Positions 46,502 to 54,304 of a stretch of DNA of 64,000 bases are shown here, piece after piece. The stretch comes from Bacteriovoracaceae bacterium (lineage in GTDB: Bacteria > Bdellovibrionota > Bacteriovoracia > Bacteriovoracales > Bacteriovoracaceae). A program made the translations under genes and the position numbers. How positions within the stretch are numbered: position 1 is the first letter of the stretch; every line of letters starts with the position of its first letter. The notes under the pieces are model-generated. The model worked only from the letters and a program-made list of their open reading frames with translations, did no database searches and had not been told where the DNA came from. Location of the stretch: the NCBI GenBank assembly GCA_947450475.1, contig CANFVK010000005.1, positions 95,763 to 159,762 on the forward strand, read 5' to 3'.

Positions 46502-48130
46502 ATGAATTTGAAAAAAGTATTGATTGCACTTTCGATGGTGCCAATGATGGCGATGGGGGGAGTGAATTTAAAGAATGGGAATTTTTATATCACTTACACT
46601 GATATAATCGTTCCTGGTGGCGATCATGATTTAGAAGTGACCAGAACCTACAATGCTAAATCGACAGAAAATGGTTGGTTTGGTTATGGTTGGGGATCTC
46701 TTTATGAGACTAAACTCGTGGTTTCTGCAGACGGATCTGTTGTTGTCATTGAAAATGGTTCGGGGGCACAAACTCGATTTATTCCAAAAGAAGCAATAAA
46801 CGTTGACTCAGCATCTAAAAAAATCGTTGAGGCCATGAGAAAAAAAGAACCAATGAGCGAGGCTTCATTGGCAGCTCTTACAACGCGATTAAAAAACGAT
46901 GCAGAACTCCGCCAAGCTTATTCAAAAAAGTATAACGTTGAAACAAAGCTTGCCGATGGTACTACTCTATACTCTAACGATCGCGGTATTCAAAACATTC
47001 AAAAAGTTAAAGAAGGATACAAGCGTAGCAATTCTGATGGCCGCACTGATTTTTTCGATAACGATGGAAAAATTGTCAAAATTACAGATAAAAATGGTTA
47101 TGCCATTAGCTTCGAATACAAGGCAAACCAGGTTTATGCCATTAAGGATACCCAAGCCAAGCAAATTCTTTTAGAGTGGAATCCAGATGGAAAGATTAAA
47201 AGTGCTTCATCGGCCGGAGATAAAAAGACCAACTACACCTATGATACAAAAGGTAATCTCGTTCAGAGTATGGATGTAGGTGGAAACAGTTATAAGTATG
47301 ATTACGATGGCAATCATAATTTAACTTCGATCACTTATATCGATAATAGCAAAATGCAAATTAAGTACGACAAGAATGCTTCTGCGACTGAAGTTATCGA
47401 GCGCAATGGAGAATCGACTAAGTACAAGTACGACAACAATCCCAAAAATCCTGACCTACATTATTGGACTACAGTAACGAAAAAGCCACTTGAGGGACCA
47501 GAGTCAGTGAATCGTTACGAGTATGAAATTAAGTCAAAACCTGATGGACAACAGTACACTTACCGTATTGCTACAGAGACTGATGGATTAAAAACTGAAA
47601 CTATTTATTCTGAGTGCTGCTCACTTCCACTAAAAATTACTCGTGGAAAAGAAGTAACTACTTTTGAATACAATTCCAAAGGATTACTTACTAAAAAAAC
47701 ATCGACTAAAGGAGAGTTTGTTCAACTCGACTACGATGAAAAAATCAACAAAATCACTAAAGTTGTTAATAATGATGGATGGACAACTTTTCAATACGAT
47801 AAGATTGGAAACCTTTCTAAGGCGGTTAACAGTTCAGGAAAATCGGTCCTATTGATTTACGATCGCCTCGGCAAAATTACAAAAATGATTGATCAAGAAA
47901 AAAATGACGAAAAATCAAGAAGAACGCTTTCTTTTAAGTACAATTCAATGGGTAAACCAGTTGAAATTGAGATGGAAAAAGTGGGAATTATTAACGTAGC
48001 CTATGATAATTACGGTGAAATTAAAAAAGTTGAGTCAAAAGCTGGGGCAAAAATGGCGCTTCAGGTGACTCAAGCCTTTCAATCATTATTAAGCATTGTT
48101 AAGCCCGCAGGTGTTAATTTAAATATGTAA
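46502..48130 (+). CDS. Secreted YD/RHS-repeat protein without a recognisable toxin tip
   Basis: Signal peptide. N-terminal NLKNGNFYITYTDIIVPGGDHDLEVTRTYNAKS...GWFGYGW. Many YxYDxxGN repeats (YTYDTKGNL, YKYDYDGNHNL, FQYDKIGNL). Confidence 0.85.
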   Translation: MNLKKVLIALSMVPMMAMGGVNLKNGNFYITYTDIIVPGGDHDLEVTRTYNAKSTENGWFGYGWGSLYETKLVVSADGSVVVIENGSGAQTRFIPKEAINVDSASKKIVEAMRKKEPMSEASLAALTTRLKNDAELRQAYSKKYNVETKLADGTTLYSNDRGIQNIQKVKEGYKRSNSDGRTDFFDNDGKIVKITDKNGYAISFEYKANQVYAIKDTQAKQILLEWNPDGKIKSASSAGDKKTNYTYDTKGNLVQSMDVGGNSYKYDYDGNHNLTSITYIDNSKMQIKYDKNASATEVIERNGESTKYKYDNNPKNPDLHYWTTVTKKPLEGPESVNRYEYEIKSKPDGQQYTYRIATETDGLKTETIYSECCSLPLKITRGKEVTTFEYNSKGLLTKKTSTKGEFVQLDYDEKINKITKVVNNDGWTTFQYDKIGNLSKAVNSSGKSVLLIYDRLGKITKMIDQEKNDEKSRRTLSFKYNSMGKPVEIEMEKVGIINVAYDNYGEIKKVESKAGAKMALQVTQAFQSLLSIVKPAGVNLNM

Positions 48131-48168
48131 TCGACCGATAGGGTGAGTAGGAAAAAGAAGGAGTATCT

Positions 48169-48447
48169 ATGAAAATTTTTATGACAGTAATGATTAGTCT
48201 TTTAATGGCCACTTCACTATACGCTGCTGATTGCAAAGAAGGCGAAAAATGCACTAAAGAAGAGTGCGCTAAGCTAGGAGCAGATTTTAAACTTAGCAAT
48301 GAAAAATGTGTGAAGGTTGCTTCTACTGAAAAGGGTCAGACTGATTGTGCTGATATTGTTTCTGCTGGTTCTACCGCAGCAGGGAAAGCAAGTTCTTCAA
48401 GTTCAGCCTCTTCAGATACATCTGGAGCTACTGGGGTAGCTAAGTAA
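48169..48447 (+). CDS. Small secreted Cys-containing protein with a Ser-rich tail
   Basis: AGAAGGAG RBS, signal peptide ...SLYA|ADC, 5 Cys, SSSSSASS tail. Confidence 0.55.
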   Translation: MKIFMTVMISLLMATSLYAADCKEGEKCTKEECAKLGADFKLSNEKCVKVASTEKGQTDCADIVSAGSTAAGKASSSSSASSDTSGATGVAK

Positions 48448-48460
48448 TTTTGAATTTAAC

Positions 48461-48495
48461 GCCTCTTTTGGTGTCATAACCACAAGAGGCTTTTT
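48461..48495 (+). terminator. Hairpin plus T-run
   Basis: GCCTCTT...AAGAGGC followed by TTTTT. Confidence 0.5.
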
Positions 48496-48585
48496 ACCTG
48501 ACTAATGTTTAGACAGACATCTTGTTCTTTGATCATTTCTCATACAACTTCATCTATAAGCATTTAATAGTTCTTGCATCATTCT

Positions 48586-48601
48586 TGGCATTTTCCCTGC
48601 A
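48586..48601 (+). promoter_or_regulatory. Sigma-54 type -24/-12 promoter
   Basis: TGGCAT-ttccc-TGCA. The GG-N10-GC spacing is exact. About 43 nt upstream of the ATG at 48644. Confidence 0.6.
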
Positions 48602-48643
48602 TGTTCATTGATAAGTATAATTTAAACGTTCCAGGGGGAATTT

Positions 48644-48829
48644 ATGAAATTTTTATTAATATTAGTTTTATCATTATCAGCTTTTAACCTAATTGCCGCT
48701 GAGTTAGGTGAAGATAAAAAAAGTGAGTGTCCTTTTACTCACCAATCTAATAAAAGAGAAGCTAAAAAAGTTGAACCAATTGAAACTCAAGCACCATCTC
48801 AGGAAAAAGCTTCAACTATAAGCAAATAG
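48644..48829 (+). CDS. 61-aa secreted peptide precursor, paralog A
   Basis: GGGGGA RBS. Signal peptide ...NLIAA|ELGEDKKSECPFTHQSNKREAKKV... Has its own promoter and terminator. Confidence 0.6.
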   Translation: MKFLLILVLSLSAFNLIAAELGEDKKSECPFTHQSNKREAKKVEPIETQAPSQEKASTISK

Positions 48830-48878
48830 ACTCTGCTAAAGTATTTATAAGTTAAAGTCATTTCAATATTCTTAACCT

Positions 48879-48909
48879 AGGCCCCATTTGATCATGGGGC
48901 CTTTTTTTG
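48879..48909 (+). terminator. Rho-independent terminator
   Basis: AGGCCCCAT-ttgatc-ATGGGGCCT followed by TTTTTTT. Confidence 0.8.
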
Positions 48910-49026
48910 GCTGCGCTCATTTATCGATCACGCCTTAATGTCCAATAATTCAACAGTGGTGTTTGAAATTTAGACGAATTGTATTGTTCTTTGAGGTAAA
49001 GTCTTATTATTGCTAAGCATGGTTAT

Positions 49027-49042
49027 TGGCATGGAGCGTGCA
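49027..49042 (+). promoter_or_regulatory. Sigma-54 type -24/-12 promoter
   Basis: TGGCAT-ggagcg-TGCA. The GG-N10-GC spacing is exact. About 47 nt upstream of the ATG at 49089. Confidence 0.6.
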
Positions 49043-49088
49043 AATATACAATATAAGAAAGCTTAAAAAAGACCGCAAGGGGGAAATT

Positions 49089-49274
49089 ATGAAAGCATTA
49101 ATTATATCTTCACTTTTATTTTTTACTTTAAGGGCCATGTCAGCAGAAGTTGGCGAAGATAAAAAAAGTGATTGTGCTTTTACTAGCCAATCAGCGAAAA
49201 GAGAAGCAAAAGAAGTTCAGTCTGATGAACAAGCAGATGATAAAAAAGAAGAAGTTAAAACGATTAGTAGATAA
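49089..49274 (+). CDS. 61-aa secreted peptide precursor, paralog B
   Basis: GGGGGA RBS. ...RAMSA|EVGEDKKSDCAFTSQSAKREAKEV... The track ORF (TTG at 49026) would start upstream of the promoter, so it is trimmed. Confidence 0.6.
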   Translation: MKALIISSLLFFTLRAMSAEVGEDKKSDCAFTSQSAKREAKEVQSDEQADDKKEEVKTISR

Positions 49275-49307
49275 TCCATTTTTTTGAACATTCCACCACA
49301 AAAAAGA

Positions 49308-49336
49308 AAAGCCCTCCGAATGGAGGGCTTTTTATT
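49308..49336. terminator. Bidirectional rho-independent terminator
   Basis: AAAGCCCTCC-gaat-GGAGGGCTTT, flanked by an A-run and a T-run. Sits between convergent genes. Confidence 0.8.
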
Positions 49337-49666
49337 TTAGTCATTACTTAAAACTTTTCTCAATCTTTCTCGTTCATCCTCGGTATAGGTGTCATCCGTA
49401 GAGCTGCCTTTAGAGGTTTGGTGCTTTTTAACAGCAGCATACTTTGTTTTCACCTCATCTTTTTCAAAAGGTTCAGAATTAGAATAAAGTTTACGAGAGT
49501 ATTTTTTAGTTGTTGAAAATTTTTGTTTGGTAGTGTTTATTGCCTTGTTGGCATAAGGAGTTACCAGTCCATAAAGTTTATCAAATAAGTGAGTGCCGCT
49601 ACCGGCAGGAATGCAGAGAATACCAAAACTCAATGTGAAATAAAAACAAAAGCGAATCAAAAACAT
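49337..49666 (-). CDS. Hypothetical exported protein
   Basis: N-terminal hydrophobic segment and a Lys-rich body. Downstream of the receiver gene. Confidence 0.45.
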   Translation of the reverse strand: MFLIRFCFYFTLSFGILCIPAGSGTHLFDKLYGLVTPYANKAINTTKQKFSTTKKYSRKLYSNSEPFEKDEVKTKYAAVKKHQTSKGSSTDDTYTEDERERLRKVLSND

Positions 49667-49689
49667 AAATTATAAACTCCTGTGACTGC

Positions 49690-50109
49690 TTAATTTGTAG
49701 AATCTTTTTCTACCATTCGCTCAATTTTTTCAACTGATTTTATTAACTCTTCACGCTCAAAAGGCTTTTGAAGAAAATCGATGGCACCATTTGAAATTGA
49801 CTCAATGACAATGCTTTCTATGTTTAATGAAGACATCATAATAATGAAGCGCTCATCGGTAGATTGTTTTTGCTTTTCTTGAAAGTGCTTAGTTAAGTCA
49901 AGCCCAGAAATCTCAGGCATCACTATATCTACAAAAATCAGATTTGCCTTAGTTGAATAAGCCAATTGAATTGCTTCTTCGGCCGAAGCTGCAAGTCCTA
50001 CAACATTAAAGCCTTCTTCTAACAGAATATCTCCCATCATGCGACGATTAAATTCTGAATCATCAACAATTAAAATTTTAAGTGTTTCGTGGTTGCGTGG
50101 TGGCTTCAT
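49690..50109 (-). CDS. Single-domain response regulator (CheY-like receiver)
   Basis: ILIVDDSEF, phospho-acceptor FVDIVMPEISG, and a conserved K in DFLQKPF. No output domain. Confidence 0.85.
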   Translation of the reverse strand: MKPPRNHETLKILIVDDSEFNRRMMGDILLEEGFNVVGLAASAEEAIQLAYSTKANLIFVDIVMPEISGLDLTKHFQEKQKQSTDERFIIMMSSLNIESIVIESISNGAIDFLQKPFEREELIKSVEKIERMVEKDSTN

Positions 50110-50161
50110 TAAAAAATCCTATTAGTTACTAGATCTATACTAATCATAACAATAAAAAGGA

Positions 50162-50197
50162 TTTTAAAAAAAAGAAAAACCAACAATACTGTTGGTT
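50162..50197 (-). terminator. Rho-independent terminator after lon paralog 2
   Basis: Minus strand reads AACCAACA-gtat-TGTTGGTT followed by TTTTCTTTTTTTT. Confidence 0.7.
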
Positions 50198-50229
50198 CCT
50201 CTTTTTTAGTAGACAGTTTTGTTCAAATA

Positions 50230-52647
50230 CTATGCAGCTGCAGGCGGCAAGGTTTCTTTTGCACGAGCGTAAGCACGTTTCTTTTTCTTTTCTTTCCAGC
50301 CGACCAGTGCAACATCTAAAACTTCATCAATGGACTTCACTGCAACAAAATTTAGCTTTGCTCTGTATTCTTCTGGAATTTCTTCTAGATCCTTTTTATT
50401 TTTCCATGGAATAATTATCGTTTTGATATTCATTCTCATCGCTGCAAGTGCTTTTTCTTTTAAGCCACCTATAGGCAATACTTTACCAGTTAAAGTAATT
50501 TCACCGGTCATTGCGACATCTCTACTAATCGGAGTGCCCGTTAGTAGGGAAACAATCGTTGTTGCCAACGTAATACCTGCACTCGGCCCGTCTTTGGGAG
50601 TTGCACCTGCTGGAAGGTGAATGTGAATTTCATTCTTCTCAAAAATTTCTTCATCAATATGGAGTTCACTCGCCATACTTCTGATATAGCCAATAGCTGT
50701 TTGAGCCGACTCTTTCATTACATCACCAAGTTGTCCGGTGAGAGTTAATCCTCTACCTTTCATTTTAGTAGCTTCAATGTAAAGCACTTCACCACCGTGA
50801 GATGTCCAGGCAAGTCCTGTCGCAACACCAACTTCATCAACATCTTTTTCATCATCTTTGGTATAAACTGGTGGTCCTAAAAGTTTGAATACAGTTTCAC
50901 CCATAATGTGAGTCTTTTCAGCTTCACCTTTTGCAATTTTCATTGCAACTTTTCTACAGATGGCTCCAATTTTTCTTTCCAAATTTCTAAGTCCGGCTTC
51001 AGCTGTGTAGTGTTTGATAACACTTGCAACTCCATCATCACTAAATGTGATATGGTCATCGCTAATTCCATTTTCATCCATTTGCTTTGGAATAATATAC
51101 TTCTTAGAAATAGCTACTTTTTCTTCTTGCGAATATCCAGAAAGGTTTATTATTTCCATTCTGTCGCGAAGTGGAGCAGGTATTTGATCTAGCATATTTG
51201 ATGTTGCTATAAACATTACATTTGAAAGATCAAAAGGAATGTTTAAGTAGTGATCACGGAAGTTAGAGTTTTGCTCAGGATCTAATACTTCAAGTAGTGC
51301 TGAAGAAGGATCGCCTTTAAAATCTCCACCCATTTTATCAACTTCATCAAGTAGAATAACTGGATTATTGGTCTTTGCTTGCTTTAGCGCCGCAATGAAA
51401 CGACCAGGCATTGCACCTACATAAGTTCTTCTGTGTCCTCTAATTTCAGCTTCATCCTTTACGCCACCGAGTGAAATACGCACAAACTCTCTGCCGCAAG
51501 CCTTGGCAATAGATTTACCAAGAGATGTTTTCCCAACACCAGGAGGCCCTGAAAAACAAAGAATCGGTCCTTTCATATCAGGTCCCTTTAGTTGTCTGAC
51601 TGCCAAGTATTCCAAGATTCTTTCTTTAACTTTAAATAAATCAAAATGGTCCTCATTCAAAAGCGCCAAGGCTTTATCGAGATCAATATGCTCTTCACTA
51701 GATTTGTTCCAAGGAAGATCACACAACCATTCAAGATAAGTTCGAAGAATTGAAGACTCTGAAGAATCAGGATGCATTTTTTCCAAGCGGCCCAATTGTT
51801 TAGTCGCTTCTTTTTCAGCTTCTTCGCTCATTTTAGCTTTTTTAATTTTTTCTCTGATTTCTGCAAATTCATCATCAGGCTCTTTTTGAGACTCATCGCC
51901 AAGTTCTGACTTAATGGCTTTTATTTGCTCTCTAAGAAAATACTCTTTTTGAGTTTTAGAAATTTCTTCCTTAGCATTACTTTTGATTTTGTTTTGCATT
52001 GCAAGTATTTCCAACTCGCGTGCAAGGATATCATTAATTCTATGCAGCCTTTCCATTGGATCAAGGATTTCTAGAATTGATTGGGCTTCGGCCACATGTA
52101 GATTCAAGTTTGATGCAACTAAATCTGCAAGTCTTCCGGCATCTTTAATGTCTTCTAGAATCATTAAAATATCTGGAGAAAGAACTTTACCCATATTGAT
52201 AACTTTTTCAAGCTGCTCGCGGATGTTTCTCATTAAGGCATTTGCCGCAACATTTGATTCATCGATCACTTGGTCAGAAACTTTTTCAAGCTTGCACATA
52301 TAGTAAGGTGCTTCTTGGGTAAAAGTTGTGATGCGAGCCTTTGAAAGTCCTTGCACCAAAATCTTGATTCTTCCATCTGGAAGTTTTCTCATTCGCATGA
52401 TCATGGCGATAGTTCCGACTTCAAAAATTTCATCTGGAGTAGGAGCTTCTGCTTTCATATCTTTTTGACTGGCCAAAAGTATGAGTCGATCTGTTTTGTT
52501 AAGAGCATGATCTACGGCCTGAATTGAGGAGTCGCGTCCAACAAAAAAAGGTAAAATCATAAACGGGTATACTACTATGTCCCTAATTGGCAGGAGAGGG
52601 AGATGATCTTTTAGTTCGATGTTGTCACCCTCGTAATTAGTTACCAT
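50230..52647 (-). CDS. lon: ATP-dependent Lon protease (LonA), paralog 2
   Basis: GPPGVGKTS, PKDGPSAGITLA, LON N-domain. 805 aa. Confidence 0.95.
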   Translation of the reverse strand: MVTNYEGDNIELKDHLPLLPIRDIVVYPFMILPFFVGRDSSIQAVDHALNKTDRLILLASQKDMKAEAPTPDEIFEVGTIAMIMRMRKLPDGRIKILVQGLSKARITTFTQEAPYYMCKLEKVSDQVIDESNVAANALMRNIREQLEKVINMGKVLSPDILMILEDIKDAGRLADLVASNLNLHVAEAQSILEILDPMERLHRINDILARELEILAMQNKIKSNAKEEISKTQKEYFLREQIKAIKSELGDESQKEPDDEFAEIREKIKKAKMSEEAEKEATKQLGRLEKMHPDSSESSILRTYLEWLCDLPWNKSSEEHIDLDKALALLNEDHFDLFKVKERILEYLAVRQLKGPDMKGPILCFSGPPGVGKTSLGKSIAKACGREFVRISLGGVKDEAEIRGHRRTYVGAMPGRFIAALKQAKTNNPVILLDEVDKMGGDFKGDPSSALLEVLDPEQNSNFRDHYLNIPFDLSNVMFIATSNMLDQIPAPLRDRMEIINLSGYSQEEKVAISKKYIIPKQMDENGISDDHITFSDDGVASVIKHYTAEAGLRNLERKIGAICRKVAMKIAKGEAEKTHIMGETVFKLLGPPVYTKDDEKDVDEVGVATGLAWTSHGGEVLYIEATKMKGRGLTLTGQLGDVMKESAQTAIGYIRSMASELHIDEEIFEKNEIHIHLPAGATPKDGPSAGITLATTIVSLLTGTPISRDVAMTGEITLTGKVLPIGGLKEKALAAMRMNIKTIIIPWKNKKDLEEIPEEYRAKLNFVAVKSIDEVLDVALVGWKEKKKKRAYARAKETLPPAAA

Positions 52648-52844
52648 ATCAATCCTCCAAAATTGGCCTACGCAAATTCTTTTGCTTTCAGATAACTAAA
52701 TCGGGAAAAGAAATAAACTCTTTAAAAAAAAGTGCTCAATATTGCATATTTCTTAAAATTATTTTTTAATACTTGATTGCAATAATCACAGTTCTAAATG
52801 AAAATGAGTGGTATTGGCTGACTAAATTACGAGGGAGATAATCA

Positions 52845-54236
52845 ATGAATTTAACCATAGGGGCAGTTATTCTTGCAGCGGGAGAAGGGAAGCGCTTGAA
52901 ATTAAATGCGCCCAAGCCCTTGGCACCATGTTTAGATAAAAAACTTATCGATTTTCCAATAAGAGAGTTAAAAAAGTTTTTTAGTCAGAATCATTTACAA
53001 GGAAAAATGACTGCAGTTATTGGTCATCAAAAAGAAATGGTTCAATCATATATTGAAAAAAATTATGGTGATATTGCCTTTGCATTACAAGAAAAACAAT
53101 TGGGAACGGCTGATGCACTTCGCTCTTATTTTAATTCCTCCAATGAAACTCTCAATTACGACTACACACTTGTTATATGCGCTGATACGCCCGTGGTCTC
53201 ATTTAATGAGCTTACTTCAATGATGACACTTTTACAGAATGAAAATCTGGATGCAGTTGCAGCAACTTTTAAGGTGGAGAATCCAACGGGATATGGAAGA
53301 ATCATACGAGGCAATTTAGGTTTTCATATCATTGAAGAAAAAGATGCAACTGAAGAAGAAAGAAAAATTACGGAAGTAAATTCAGGTTTATATATTTTCA
53401 AGACGGCTTATGTTCACCAACACCTAAAATCAATTGATAGCAATAATAAGTCAAATGAATTTTACCTGACAGATGTTTTTAAGATTGGCTTCAACGTAAA
53501 GGCTCAATGTTTTTTGAATTCAGAACTATTTTTAGGAGTTAATACTTTAAAGCAACTAGAAGCAGTTGAGTTTGCCCTAAGGGAGCGCAAAAAAAACGAA
53601 CTGCGTGACGCCGGTGTGCGATTTATTGATAGTCAGCATTGCTATATTGATTCAGAAGTTGAAGTCGGTGAAGGCTCGGTAATCTATCCTAATACATACA
53701 TTACCGGGCAATCCAAAATTGGTAAAAATGTAGTTATTGAAATGGGGGCACAGATTAGCCACTCGATAGTTGAAGATAATGCTAAGGTACTGGCTTATAC
53801 CATTTTAGAATCTGCTCATTTGCGCTTAAAGGCAACCGCTGGTCCTTTTGCTCGCTTGCGTCCGGGGGCAGATATTGGAGCTGAAGCCAAGATTGGCAAT
53901 TTTGTAGAAATTAAAAAGTCTGTCCTTGATAAAGGCGTTAAAGTTTCCCATTTGTCCTACGTGGGCGATGCTTTCATTGGTGAAGAAACCAATATTGGTT
54001 GCGGTTTTATTACTTGTAACTTTGATGGCGCCCATAAGCACATTACCCGAATTGGTAAAAACTGTTTTATTGGCTCAGATTCTCAGACCATAGCTCCAGT
54101 GGAGATTGGAGATGATTGTTTCGTTGCTTCATCATCAACTATTACCAAAAGCATGCCTTCTGGCTCATTTGCAATATCCCGTACGGCGCAAGTGACAAAA
54201 GAGCAAATGGCCCACCGATTCATTAAGAAAAAATAG
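52845..54236 (+). CDS. glmU: Bifunctional UDP-GlcNAc pyrophosphorylase / GlcN-1-P acetyltransferase
   Basis: N-terminal AVILAAGEGKRL. C-terminal left-handed beta-helix hexapeptide repeats. Confidence 0.93.
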   Translation: MNLTIGAVILAAGEGKRLKLNAPKPLAPCLDKKLIDFPIRELKKFFSQNHLQGKMTAVIGHQKEMVQSYIEKNYGDIAFALQEKQLGTADALRSYFNSSNETLNYDYTLVICADTPVVSFNELTSMMTLLQNENLDAVAATFKVENPTGYGRIIRGNLGFHIIEEKDATEEERKITEVNSGLYIFKTAYVHQHLKSIDSNNKSNEFYLTDVFKIGFNVKAQCFLNSELFLGVNTLKQLEAVEFALRERKKNELRDAGVRFIDSQHCYIDSEVEVGEGSVIYPNTYITGQSKIGKNVVIEMGAQISHSIVEDNAKVLAYTILESAHLRLKATAGPFARLRPGADIGAEAKIGNFVEIKKSVLDKGVKVSHLSYVGDAFIGEETNIGCGFITCNFDGAHKHITRIGKNCFIGSDSQTIAPVEIGDDCFVASSSTITKSMPSGSFAISRTAQVTKEQMAHRFIKKK

Positions 54237-54250
54237 TAAACACATGTCAC

Positions 54251-54304
54251 TAAGTTTGATATCGTTTTGAGGTTAAAAATTAATCTTATAAGGTATCAAA
54301 CTTA
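54251..54304 (+). repeat. 11-bp perfect inverted repeat whose 3' arm ends at the glmS start codon
   Basis: TAAGTTTGATA (54251-54261) pairs with TATCAAACTTA (54294-54304), with a 32-nt loop. Confidence 0.6.

Noticed and set aside
49026-49088. N-terminal extension (TTG start) of small peptide B
   Set aside because: It would begin upstream of the -24/-12 promoter element. Paralog A and the conserved RBS support the ATG at 49089.
52698-52724. Alternative-sigma promoter upstream of lon paralog 2 (minus strand TAAA-N15-CCCGATTT)
   Set aside because: It partly resembles both the sigma-28 -10 (GCCGATAA) and the sigma-32 -10 (CCCCATNT) without a convincing -35 for sigma-32. It is too ambiguous to call.
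54237-54303. glmS ribozyme upstream of glmS
   Set aside because: The spacer is only 67 nt, far shorter than the ribozyme core, and it contains just one simple hairpin.
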